DNA from: Mobula hypostoma
Taxonomy: Eukaryota
Direction of reading: 5' to 3'
NCBI RefSeq assembly: GCF_963921235.1
Contig: NC_086098.1
Location: 236,421,355 to 236,470,000, forward strand
Length of the DNA stretch: 48,646 nucleotides
A program made the translations under genes and the position numbers. This document shows positions 22,701 through 33,020 of the stretch, piece by piece (the stretch's first letter is position 1; every line of letters begins with the position of its first letter). The notes below the pieces were generated by a model. It made no database searches. It saw only the letters and a list, made by a program, of their open reading frames with translations, and was not told the origin of the DNA.

Positions 22701-23069
22701 TCTCCCTAATTACCCTACTCCTTCCGTCCATTGCTCCCTCCCACATTTCTCTTTCACTTCCTCACACAGTCCTTCCTGCTTCCTACCACTAATACCCTGC
22801 TTATTCCACACCCTTCCTGCTCCCTACCATAGCCTTCACTACACACTGCCCACTCCCTAATGTGGCCTACTCTCCTTTCCTACCCTCTCTCTCCCTCCCT
22901 CCCTACCTCCACTCTCTACCTTATTCCATCCCTTTCTCCCACTCACTCACCGTATCCCACATTCCTTTCCCATCCCACTCCCTCCCGTAAACACTCGCTC
23001 TCTACTTCCCTCCTCGTCTCCTTTACTCATTCTCTCGCACTCCCTCCCAAAATTCCACAAGACCGAACG

Positions 23070-23430
23070 AGATGCGAGCAGAATCCGACCCAAGTCTGCT
23101 CCGCCATTTCATCATGACTGATCCATTTCCCTCTCAATCCCATCCTCCTGCCTCCTCCCTGTAACCTTTGACGCCTTTTGTAATCAAGAATCTATTAATC
23201 TCCACTTTAAATATACCCAATCACTTGGCTTTCACAGCCGTCTGTGGCAATGAATTCCACAGAGTCACCATTCCCTGGCTAAAGAAATTCCACCTCCTCT
23301 CCGTTCTAAATGGACGTCCAGATACTCTGAGGCTGTGCCCTCTGGTCCTAGACTCCCCCACTATAGGAAACATACACTCCATCTGGGTCTTTCAACGTTA
23401 TAGATCTCAAAGAGACCCCCTTCTCCTTTA
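23070..23430 (-). mobile_element. CR1 3' fragment in intron 3
   Basis: Reverse CR1 tail (aatgaattccacagagtcacca..ccctctggtcctagactcccc). Confidence 0.8.
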
Positions 23431-23832
23431 AAAAAAAATCCTTCCATCGCCCTCACTCCCATATTATTTCTTCCTGCTCCGGCTCTCTCACTCCGTCTCA
23501 CCCTACCTCATTCCCCCGCTCCCTTATCCTTATCAGCCTCCCTCCCTACCTCCTCCATTTATCTCACTCTCTCCTTCTCTGCTCTTTCCCTCATCTCCCC
23601 CTCCCTCTTTCCCTCATCCGGCCCTCGACTGCAGCGGTAACCCAGCTCCTCCTCCACCCCTCTGCCGGTCCCTGCCCCGCCCCGGATTGCGGAGATTTGA
23701 TAGCGGGAGCCGAGCAACGCACCCAAGGTCGGAGTCATTAGCTGGTGAGGGACAGGGTCGAGGGAACGCCGCAGTTAAAGGCAGGGTCGAGGGAGCGCCG
23801 CACCTTCTGACTATCCTTCCCCACTGGTGCAG

Positions 23833-23980
23833 ATTAAGGACGCGGGCGGCTCTATGACAATCCACACCTTCGGCGCTTACTTCGGGCTGACCATCACCCG
23901 GGTTCTATACCGGCCTCAGCTGGAGAAGAGCCGTCACCGGGAGAATCCCGTCTACCACTCCAACCTCTTCGCCATGATCG
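23833..23980 (+). CDS. rhbg: Rhbg exon 4
   Basis: [28 protein letters not shown](G), containing pore His188; 148 nt; donor gtgagt. Confidence 0.97.
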
Positions 23981-24075
23981 GTGAGTCGAGCGCCCGGCGG
24001 CCCCGCGGGTGCCCGGTCGGTTCTTCTCTGCGCGGTCTCCCTTGCCGCTGACCCCGCTCTCTCTGTCGCCCGCAG

Positions 24076-24242
24076 GTGCCATCTACCTCTGGATGTTCTG
24101 GCCCAGCTTTAACTCCGCCGTCACCAGTCTGGGCAGCGCTCAGCACCGCACGGCCCTCAACACTTACTACTCGCTAGCCGCCTGTACTCTCTCCACCTTC
24201 GCCGTTTCCAGCATCGTGCACGGCGAGGGCAAACTGGACATG
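24076..24242 (+). CDS. rhbg: Rhbg exon 5
   Basis: [33 protein letters not shown]; 167 nt; donor gtaggg. Confidence 0.97.
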
Positions 24243-24306
24243 GTAGGGAATCAAGGCTGCGGTCTCGCCCACTTCCTCCGCCCAGCCAGCCGCCCTTCCC
24301 GAGGGT

Positions 24307-24742
24307 NNNNNNNNNNNNNNNNNNNNNNNNNNNNNNNNNNNNNNNNNNNNNNNNNNNNNNNNNNNNNNNNNNNNNNNNNNNNNNNNNNNNNNNNNNNNNN
24401 NNNNNNNNNNNNNNNNNNNNNNNNNNNNNNNNNNNNNNNNNNNNNNNNNNNNNNNNNNNNNNNNNNNNNNNNNNNNNNNNNNNNNNNNNNNNNNNNNNNN
24501 NNNNNNNNNNNNNNNNNNNNNNNNNNNNNNNNNNNNNNNNNNNNNNNNNNNNNNNNNNNNNNNNNNNNNNNNNNNNNNNNNNNNNNNNNNNNNNNNNNNN
24601 NNNNNNNNNNNNNNNNNNNNNNNNNNNNNNNNNNNNNNNNNNNNNNNNNNNNNNNNNNNNNNNNNNNNNNNNNNNNNNNNNNNNNNNNNNNNNNNNNNNN
24701 NNNNNNNNNNNNNNNNNNNNNNNNNNNNNNNNNNNNNNNNNN
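24307..24742. other. assembly gap (436 N) in intron 5
   Basis: Run of N. Exons 5 and 6 join in frame (KLDM|VHIQN), so no exon is missing. Confidence 0.99.
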
Positions 24743-25015
24743 GGACATCAAGAGCAGCGTGAACCAGGGACGAGAGGTACGGGTCTAAACCTTTGCTGCA
24801 GTTTCAGTTAAGAACGCAATTCGTGTGCTGTCACGAACACGATACCATGTTTAGACCATAAAACCATAAAAGGTAGGTTAAGAATCGGGCTGTTCGGCCC
24901 ATCTCCCATTTTCGCGGTGGGAAAGTGAGAGACGGACGACCAGCCAGAGGTGGGAGTTGTGGAGTTGGTGGAGAGGAAGTGAGCAGTTACCGGAGTTTAA
25001 CCATTCTCTCGGCAG

Positions 25016-25153
25016 GTTCACATTCAGAACGCGGCCCTGGCGGGGGGTGTGGCCGTCGGCACGGCCGGAGAGATGATGATCTCCCCTTACGGCTCCATGA
25101 TCGTTGGATTTCTTTCGGGCGTCATCTCCACTTTGGGTTTCCACTACTTGACG
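25016..25153 (+). CDS. rhbg: Rhbg exon 6
   Basis: [39 protein letters not shown]; 138 nt; donor gtaagt. Confidence 0.97.
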
Positions 25154-25239
25154 GTAAGTTGGGGTCCCTTGTGTCCTATACAGAGCTGTAACGCGCACCG
25201 TTCTCGTTCCCACTTCTCACCCCACCCATCCTGACAGTT

Positions 25240-25735
25240 GGTCATGGTGTCACATGTACCGAGCTACCAGGACAGACAGACCACCCAAACTGATCACCCG
25301 ATGGTGATCAATGGATCGGGGTAGCACGAAAGGTAAGAGCAGTAAAGGTAGGTAAGACCCGTGATGAGGTAGACTGATAGATCACGAGTTCATCTTTGAA
25401 CGGAGGACAGGTCTGGTAGCAGTGGGGTAGCAGTGTCCTTGAGCCTGGTGGTACAGGGTTCCAGGCATTGTACCTCCAGCCGGGTGGGAGAGCGGATAGA
25501 GAATATCCGGGGTGCGAGGTCTCGTTGATTATCCTGGTTGCTTTCCCGAGGCAGCGAGAAGAATAGACAGAGTCCATAGAGGCGAGGCTGATTTCCATGA
25601 TGTCCTGAGCTGTGCCCGCAGCTCTCGGCAGATTCTCGTCGTCACAGGCAGAGCAGTCGTCATGCCGAGCCATAGTACACCCCATAGTTTCAATGGTAAG
25701 TCTGTAAAGTCGTCAGGGACTTGACGAATTTCCGT
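25240..25735 (-). mobile_element. Rex1/Babar-type LINE 3' fragment in intron 6
   Basis: Minus ORF AQDIM..RCLGKATRIINETSHPGYSL..LPPG.RY. Confidence 0.75.
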
Positions 25736-25969
25736 TCAGCTCGATAGGTTGGTCCCACTCGCCTACAATGGTATCGGGAGTGGTGGGTGCTTGGAAAAGA
25801 CACCCATGGCTTGTGGTGGAGTAAACCTGGACTGGAGCAAGAGGCTGTTGGATAGTCACATTTTATTACATTATAGATAGCAAACAGGGATATGGATCAT
25901 GTTTTACTCAACGTTCCACCTTCTATGTTCCATGGTTCATGTTCCATTTTCTACATCTTGTCTCCCAAG

Positions 25970-26103
25970 CCCATCCTGGACTCCAAGTTGAAAATCCAGG
26001 ACACGTGCGGCGTGCATAATCTCCATGGGATGCCCGGGATCCTGGGAGGAACGGTGGGAGCCATCGCCGCCTCTCTGGCCAGCAAAGAGATTTATGGGGA
26101 TGG
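25970..26103 (+). CDS. rhbg: Rhbg exon 7
   Basis: [32 protein letters not shown](G), containing pore His347; AAG acceptor; donor gtgagt. Confidence 0.96.
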
Positions 26104-26722
26104 GTGAGTCTACGGAGAGGGAGTCGGGGTGTGTAAAAGGGTCCGGGAAATTGCGCAATTGCGAGGCCATGGGGGCGGCGGCGGGGTGGGCAGGTGTCAA
26201 AGAGCCGGAGAAGTGGGCTGTGTGCGAGATGTGGGACTTGGAAAAGAGAGGGGGAAGGAGAGGGGTTCCATTGAAGGGAAGCGGCGAGGGTTCACTGGAT
26301 GTCGGTGAGTGTGGTCAGCGTTTAGAGGGACGGGGCCGAGCTCAGACCGGATGGGAGGGACCGGGGTTCCGCGTTGATCAGAAGCAGGGTGGTAAAAAGC
26401 ATCAGGGATCTGACGGGCGTGGCGAGCGATGGGTGAGAGGAGCTGAGAATTACCAGGAGTTGGGACATGGAGGGTGTGGGGAAGAGGGAAGAGGTTACGA
26501 AGTTTCCATGAAATGGAGGGAGGAGCCCATCAGAAAGAGCAGGGTCAGTTAGAGACGGTTGGCGGACGGCGCCAAACTTGCATGTGCTGAGGTGGGGGGG
26601 GGGGAGGGGGCGGGAGGTTGATGGGAAGGGCCTGCATGAGTTTCTCATCCCGCGATCCCGGTCGCGCGTGGTTCTCCCCCCCGCCCAACACCCCCCACGT
26701 CTAACTCGGTCTCTCCGCTCAG

Positions 26723-26841
26723 GCTGCAGGATGTCTTCCCTCTACTGGACAACGAGCGGTCAGCGAAGGAGCAGGGACTTTTCCAGGCGCTGGGTCTCGT
26801 CGTCACCCTGGCGTTCGCCTTGATCGGAGGGGTTATAGTGG
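26723..26841 (+). CDS. rhbg: Rhbg exon 8
   Basis: LQDVFPLLDNERSAKEQGLFQALGLVVTLAFALIGGVIV(G); branch ctaac at 26701; donor gtaggc. Confidence 0.93.
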
Positions 26842-27437
26842 GTAGGCTCCTCCCTCCCCCAGCGTTCCGTGTATTCCGGGACATTATCTTTGTTTTGCCC
26901 GGGGTCCGCCTCCACCTCGTTCTCAGAAGCCAAGCAGTCCTGCCTAATCAGCGCCCCCCGACCTCTCCAAAACACTCTCTTACAATCGAATATCCAGGAA
27001 GATCCCTCTCACCTTCTCTGGGGCGACCACCACACAGCCAACACCTTCTCCCACCCCCCGTCCCGTTAACTTTCCTTCCCAACCCCGGCAGCCCGTTCTC
27101 CCCTCCCAGTTTCCTAATTTAACGGTCTTTCCACCCTTATCCGCCAGACACTTGCTCCCCCCTTCATTAGGAACATCCTTCCCCACTTCCTCCGCCAATA
27201 CCTGCCTCTTGCTAATCCGTCACACTTCATCCGTCCCGTTTCTACCTCTCCCTCCCTCACCTGACTACCATCCGACCTGAACAGACCTCTCGCACCTCGT
27301 ACTCTCATACTCCTGTGTCCGGGAGGCCACTCCTCGTGTCTCTAGGCAGATTCTCCCGCCGACAGCCCCTCCCTACCGCCCTCCTCCCCCCTCGCCCACT
27401 CGGTGCGGCGGCTGGATTGACTTTCCTTTCCCTGCAG

Positions 27438-27511
27438 GATTTGTGATGAAACTGCCGATCTGGGGAGCCCCGCCGGACACGCAGTGTTTTACCGACCAGC
27501 CGTACTGGGAA
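27438..27511 (+). CDS. rhbg: Rhbg exon 9
   Basis: FVMKLPIWGAPPDTQCFTDQPYWE; 74 nt; acceptor cctgcag; donor gtgagt. Confidence 0.95.
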
Positions 27512-28052
27512 GTGAGTGATTCTGGGGCCAGGGTGAAAGTCGCCGGTGGGATCCGATGATCTCCTGAACGTGGGTGGGGGAGCTGGAGGGTTCAGATTCC
27601 CTCTTTGTGAGGTTCTAACATCCCTCCCAGATAGGACGGATGCTGGGATCTTTGTCCATTCCTCTTATAACAGGGACAGCAAGTTTACACACAGGACGAT
27701 CCCACGGAAAACGTGGGTGGGGCGGGGGTGCGGCGGTAAATATCGGGGGCAGGACATCCGCCCTTCTTCCCGTTGTCTCGTGAACTTCTACACCCACCCA
27801 CTGCACTTGGGTTAAATATATCATCCGGAACACTACTCTTCTTCCAGTGCGGCGCTCCCTCGGCTCTGCACTTGGAGAGGGGATGATCCGAGGTGTTCGA
27901 ATCCCAATACCACCCCACATCTCCCTTCCCGAATCCCCTGACCCGCAGCCAGCCCGGCGGCCCTTGGAACAGCGGGAACTCGAAGCTGGGTCCGCAGTGG
28001 CGTGACTTTCCAGCGGCACGGCACTAACCTCGGCATCGTCACTTCCCCTCAG

Positions 28053-28124
28053 CTTCCCGAGGACGACAGCAACCACAGCGAGATGGTGCCGATGAAGCCG
28101 GAGGAAGCCGAGAAAATCGCCTAA
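28053..28124 (+). CDS. rhbg: Rhbg exon 10 (terminal)
   Basis: Branch CACTAAC at 28022, acceptor cccctcag, LPEDDSNHSEMVPMKPEEAEKIA-TAA. Spliced total is 1383 nt = 460 aa plus stop. Confidence 0.9.
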   Translation, partial: LPEDDSNHSEMVPMKPEEAEKIA

Positions 28125-28286
28125 CCATCCCATCTGATGTTCGCCGACGCCGATTAAAACAGCCGGATAATCTCCGGGCAATATAATACTTTGTTTATTC
28201 CAAGTTATCTAACGGTCTTTTTATTTGTATATACAAAACATAAACCAACACATACTGCCTTTTATTGTACATGCCGCCCGATCTTC

Positions 28287-28292
28287 AATAAA
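28287..28292 (+). terminator. rhbg: Rhbg polyadenylation signal
   Basis: AATAAA about 160 nt after the stop, with upstream TGTA motifs and a downstream T-rich tract. Confidence 0.75.
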
Positions 28293-28382
28293 TTTCGTTC
28301 GTTTTCATTCTGATTTACCTTTATTTGATATTTAAGTCATAATAACGCGCAGAAAACAGTTATAAAATTGATAAAAGACTCA

Positions 28383-28919
28383 CACTGGGTGGTCACTTTA
28401 TTAGCTACACCTGTACACCTGCTCATTTATGCAAATATCTAATCAGCCAATCATGTGGCAGCAACTCAATGCATGAAAGCATGCCGACGTGGCCAAGAGG
28501 TTCAGTTGTTGTTCAGGCCAAATATCAGAATGGTGAAGAAATGTGATCGAAGTGACTTTGACTGTGGATTGTTGGTGCCAGACGGGGTGGGTTGAGTACC
28601 CCAGAGACTGATGATTTCCTGGGATTTTCACTCTGGAGTTTGCAGACAATTATGCAAAAAAAAACCAACAAAAAATACAGTGAGCCGCATTCCAGTGAGA
28701 GGTCAGAGGAAAATGACCAGACTGTTTCAAATCGACAGAAAGGCGACAGTAACTCAAATAACCACGCATTACAACAGTAGTTTGCAGAAGAACGTGTCTG
28801 AACGCACAACCCGTCGAACCTGGATGTAGATGGGCTACAGCAGCAGAAGACCACGAGCATACACACTAGTGGCCACTTTATTAGGGAGAGGAGATACTGA
28901 ATAAAGTGGCTACTAAGCG
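28383..28919 (+). mobile_element. Tc1-derived non-autonomous element (MITE-like) inserted in a CR1 fragment
   Basis: Left TIR cactgggtggtcactttattag; right TIR aataaagtggctactaagcg followed by TA. CR1 sequence resumes at ~28922-29190. Confidence 0.8.
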
Positions 28920-29579
28920 TATATGGGTAGACAGAGTCTTTTTCTCAGGGTGGAAATGTCAAATACTAGAGGGCAAAGGTCAGAGTGGAAAGTTTAAAAG
29001 AGATTGTAAGGGACAAATGTAATTACACAGGGAGTGGTGGGTGCCTGGAATCGCATGGCCGGGGTGATGGAAGAGGTGAGCATTTCAGAGGCATTTAGAC
29101 AGAGACATGAACGGGCCAGGAATGGAGGAACACGGACCGGGTACAGGAAGATAGGGTTGGTACCATGTTCAACAGGAAGGTGGTGGGATCTCCAGGAATA
29201 ATCCCCAAGACACTACCCTAGATACCAGGCAGAGACTTGTGTGTCAGAGACGGGAAGGGAAAGCGGAGCCGAAGGGGGCTACAGAGATGGCGAGGAGTGT
29301 GGACGACGGTGTACCCCTGGCAGGAATGGAAACTAGTCTCCACTGGCCCTTTAGTTCTTCGATCCCCCCGTCCCCGTCTCCCCGTCTCTCTCTCTCTCTC
29401 TCTCGCTCGCTCGCAGACCTACAGACAGAAAGACAGAGACATACACAGACAGACAAACGTATTCGTACACACACACCATTTCTATCGTCCATGGAGGGAA
29501 TTCACATTCGTTGACCATCGCCCCTGACGAAAGGCGAACGAAGGCATCGTTCCGTGATTTGTCAGTTTGTTGGTGTCTT

Positions 29580-29593
29580 CTGCCACCTGCTGG
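29580..29593 (-). promoter_or_regulatory. CTCF motif
   Basis: Minus strand CCAGCAGGTGGCAG matches CCASYAGRKGGCRS exactly, in unique DNA 3' of Rhbg. Confidence 0.55.
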
Positions 29594-29989
29594 GCATTTC
29601 GTCACCCTGCAGGCTGGCCTGACAGGAGGCGGAGGAGATCCTGGGGAGCTTTGGTTTCATTCTCCACAGCCGCTGCCTGACACGACGAAAGTAACAGTCT
29701 TTTCCCCCGTTTGTCCAACCCTAACAACCCGGATACGGCCCAGTCCATCACGGGTCAAGTCCTTTCCACCAGACTCTGATAATAAATTTACTTTGAACTT
29801 TGAATCCCTCCTTGTAGCTCATGCACACCCACCCCTCAACCCAAGCAGCATCTCCAAAGCCTCCACAGCCTTTCTCAAATGGAGCCGGAACCGCTCACAA
29901 TACTTGGACCAGAAATATGATCCGACCAGAATTTTACACAACTACAACGTGACTTTCTTGTTAGGGAAACTGCACCGCGGTGGACAGGC

Positions 29990-30465
29990 GGGTCCTTCAA
30001 CGGGTAGCCGAAACTGCCCAACCCATCACCGACACAAAGCCTGCCCACCATCAAGGACGTATGCAGAAAGGTGCCAGAAGAGGGCCGGTAGCATCTTAAG
30101 GGAACCCACCCACACTTATCATCGACTGTTTGTTCCACTCCTACCGCGAGGGGGCAGCATACCATCCACGCCGGGACCACCAGACTCCAAAACAGCTTCT
30201 TTCCCCATGGAGGCAGACCCACCCCCTAACCCACCCCTCCCCCTCCACACCCCCGCCACAACTTCTTTATCATTTCCTGTCAGTCACCTCATGTACAGAC
30301 ACTCCTGTGCCTAGAGTTATTATGGACATGCAATCAACCTATGTATATAACTGTCTTATGTATTTATATTCATTGTATTATTGTGTTCTTTATTGTATTG
30401 TGTTTTGTTTTGAGTAACAAATATTTTGCTCTCTTTTACACTTGTCTTGAATCGTGAATTTTGAG
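29990..30465 (+). mobile_element. Rex1/Babar-type LINE 3' fragment
   Basis: YAERCQKRAGSILREPTH..LF.PL remnant followed by an AT-rich UTR. Confidence 0.8.
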
Positions 30466-30917
30466 TCGTTCAGGGTGCCACGTACTTTCATCCCAAGTTC
30501 CCTCTCTGCATCTGTCACTCTGAGGGCCCAGCCCTTCACAGTAAACTGTGTACCACCGCCCGAAGTTCCTCTTCAAGCTGCACACCACCCTGACTGTGAA
30601 GCATGTCGCTGCTCATTATCACTGGAGACACGCCACAAGAGCAAAGTGGAAATCCCCTTCCCCACGGTGTCTATGAATTCAACCACCCCTCCTTCTCTCA
30701 GGGCAGCTGGAGATGAGGGATAAATGCTCGTGATACCCTGCTCCAATGTTCTGCTCTGGGTGGAGAATCACATTTTTAATTCTGTTTCTAGGCTTCAGAG
30801 ACTCTTGCCTGCTTTGGGATGTCCTGAACTTTAGTATGTTGGTAGGGAATTGTAAGCGCCCATGTTTTTAATGAATCAACCACTCCTCCTATCCTGGTGT
30901 TACCAAATTGATGGTCT

Positions 30918-31400
30918 GAATCAAATTCAAATTCAGTTTATTGTTCTTCGACCATACACATGTATACCGCTAAACGAAACAACACCCTTCCGATCAAAGT
31001 GCACAACTCTGTACGTATAACTCACACACGTGAAATAATGTTACCACAAATAAATTAACAAATAATAAGGTGCATTTAGCACACAAGCTAAAAGGTAAAC
31101 AGTAAACACTACCGTGATGAGACCTGGGTGGTGACAGGGAGTTCTGTAGTCTCACAGCCTGGGGGAAGAAGCTGTTTCCCATCCGAACAGTTCTTGTCCT
31201 ATTGCCACGGTCTGAGGGTAGGGGGTCAAAGAGATTGCTGGACGGATGGGAGAGATCATTGACAATGCCAAGGGCCCTGCGCACGCCCCGCTCCTGATAA
31301 GTATCTCGCATGGGTGGAAGAGAGACTGGCAGCAGCCCTCACAATCCTTTGTAGGGACTTGCCATTTCCGTACCAGACAGTTGGTCAGGAAACTCTCGAT
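30918..31400 (-). mobile_element. Rex1/Babar-type LINE 3' fragment
   Basis: Minus ORF RALGIVNDLSHPSSNLFDPLPS..SFFPQAVRL with an (aattca)n tail at ~30918-30936. Confidence 0.85.
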
Positions 31401-31764
31401 GTAGGGGGCAGCGATGTTGCTCTGAAAATACAAGTTATTGCGGGGTGCAATTACTACTGAGAAAAGCAGGAGTTTAAGCTTTCTGCAAGCAACTCCCATC
31501 ACCACAGTCGCGAAGCAAGGGGGCTTTGGCAACGCGACGCTCCACAGATCCCAGTGAAACCTCGAGCAAGGAGTCTCGGGGGAGGGGGGAAGTGGCGGGG
31601 AGGAGCAAGGCGAGGACCAGCAAGACACACACACACACATTCTCAGCAGTGCTTCTGTAAAAAAAATGGTTAATTTGCCGGGGGGAGGGGCTGGGCTCGC
31701 TCCCTCAATCTCCTCTGGAAGCGGAGGAATATCCTCCTCCTGTCCTTGTCCAGTCTGCCGGTCA

Positions 31765-31900
31765 CCCAGTCACATTAATCATTAACCCTCATCCCGCCAG
31801 GGGATCAGGCAGCCCTGGTGTTACCATCGCTTTGAACGAGTGTGTCCCGGGATTAATCAACCGAGAATCCTTCACACTAAAGCTGATTATTGCTGTCGAT
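31765..31900. promoter_or_regulatory. candidate enhancer with clustered homeodomain (TAAT/TAATC) sites
   Basis: cacattaatcattaacc, gggattaatcaa and ctgattat occur within 130 bp of unique GC-rich DNA. Confidence 0.35.
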
Positions 31901-32556
31901 GGGGGAGGGGAGCTGGGGGTGAGACAGAGTTCAGCGCGGGGCGCATGTTAGTGGGTGCTGCTCTGTGGGGGAAAGAGGGGTGAGGCATTGATTAGCAGGG
32001 GGGTTGGGTTCAGCTTAGCCGGGGTTGATCTGCATGGGAAGGGGGAGTGAGACTGGGTTTAGCGGGGGTTGGTTGTGGGGGCGGAGTGAGTCAGGGTTTA
32101 GCGGGGGCGGGTCGGGTTAGTGGGGGATGATCTCTGGGAGAGGGAGGGGTAAAATAGTGTTTAGCGGGTGGTGGGTGGGTTCAGGTTAGCCGGGGTTTAT
32201 CTGTTTGGGAAAGAGGAGTGAGACTGAGATTAGCGGGAGGGGGCAGGTTGGTCGGGGTTGTTCTGCAGGGGAGAGGTTAACACAGTCCATTAGAGGCAGC
32301 TTCAGATACACAAGACCGGCTTCCACAGTCTTGGACGCAGGAGACGTATGTGTCTGAACACCCTCACGGGACTGTGCGCAAACATAAATACGCACACACG
32401 TAGCCACACACACGGCACATCGCACCCACACACATGGGAGTGCACACACGTAGCCCCACACAGAGGATATGGACACTCGTAACCACACACACACCAGACC
32501 ATGCACACATCTAATTAACCAGTGATGCCCTTGTGCATACAGGGCCCCCTCTACCT

Positions 32557-33020
32557 ATTAACTGCTCCCAATAGCGTGCGTGCGTGCGTCTGACAACCAA
32601 GTCCAGCTTCTGGCCCTTATGTGTGGCTTAGCTAAGTCCGGCGGAACCATTTCTATTGACAGGAGAAGGGGGAAAGACGCCTTGAACCAGTCGCTTCGGG
32701 CAGCTGCCGTGTTTGGCACCTTATCTGAGAGAAGGAAAACTCTGATCTCCAACCTCCACTGACTTGGGCCTACACCCACTCATGGGGAAGGCTTCGGGAG
32801 TAAACCCCGAGGAAAAACCTGAAGCTGGAATCCCTTACACTGAGTTCAACGCTGAATGTTCCTGTGACGCATCTGGTGCCAAACTATATCGGTCTCTGCC
32901 GTTCCTTTGGATTCACCTGCATGGAGAGGGGAGCTTGCTTACGGGCACATCTTGCTGTCCATATCCTACTGCCCTGGCTTGCGCATCACGTAGGCAGCTG
33001 GGTCACAACATCCTCTCGAA
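32557..33020 (+). mobile_element. non-autonomous element resembling an RTE-type 5' region
   Basis: gagaaggaaaactctgat..caacctcc and ttcgggagtaaaccccgaggaaaa motifs recognised from RTE-type leaders; no ORF. Confidence 0.5.

Noticed and set aside
24009-24788. 259-aa ORF running through X residues
   Set aside because: It is exon 5 plus read-through into the N gap.
15744-28124. Alternative identity as Rhcg, Rhag or Rhp2
   Set aside because: The N-terminus (NMRLRLP), [21 protein letters not shown] and the short acidic C-terminal exon fit fish Rhbg better. A phylogeny would be needed for certainty.
29520-29550. CTGACGA...GAA resembling a hammerhead core
   Set aside because: No stem II or helix I can be formed.
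31398-31413. TAGGGGGCAGC partial CTCF motif
   Set aside because: The 5' half mismatches the consensus and it sits at a LINE junction.
32060-32080. ggggttggttgt resembling the start of pre-miR-9-1 (miR-9 is syntenic with RHBG in human)
   Set aside because: I found no mature miR-9 sequence (TCTTTGGTTATCTAGC) or hairpin here or elsewhere in the window, so this is a chance match in a G-rich repeat.
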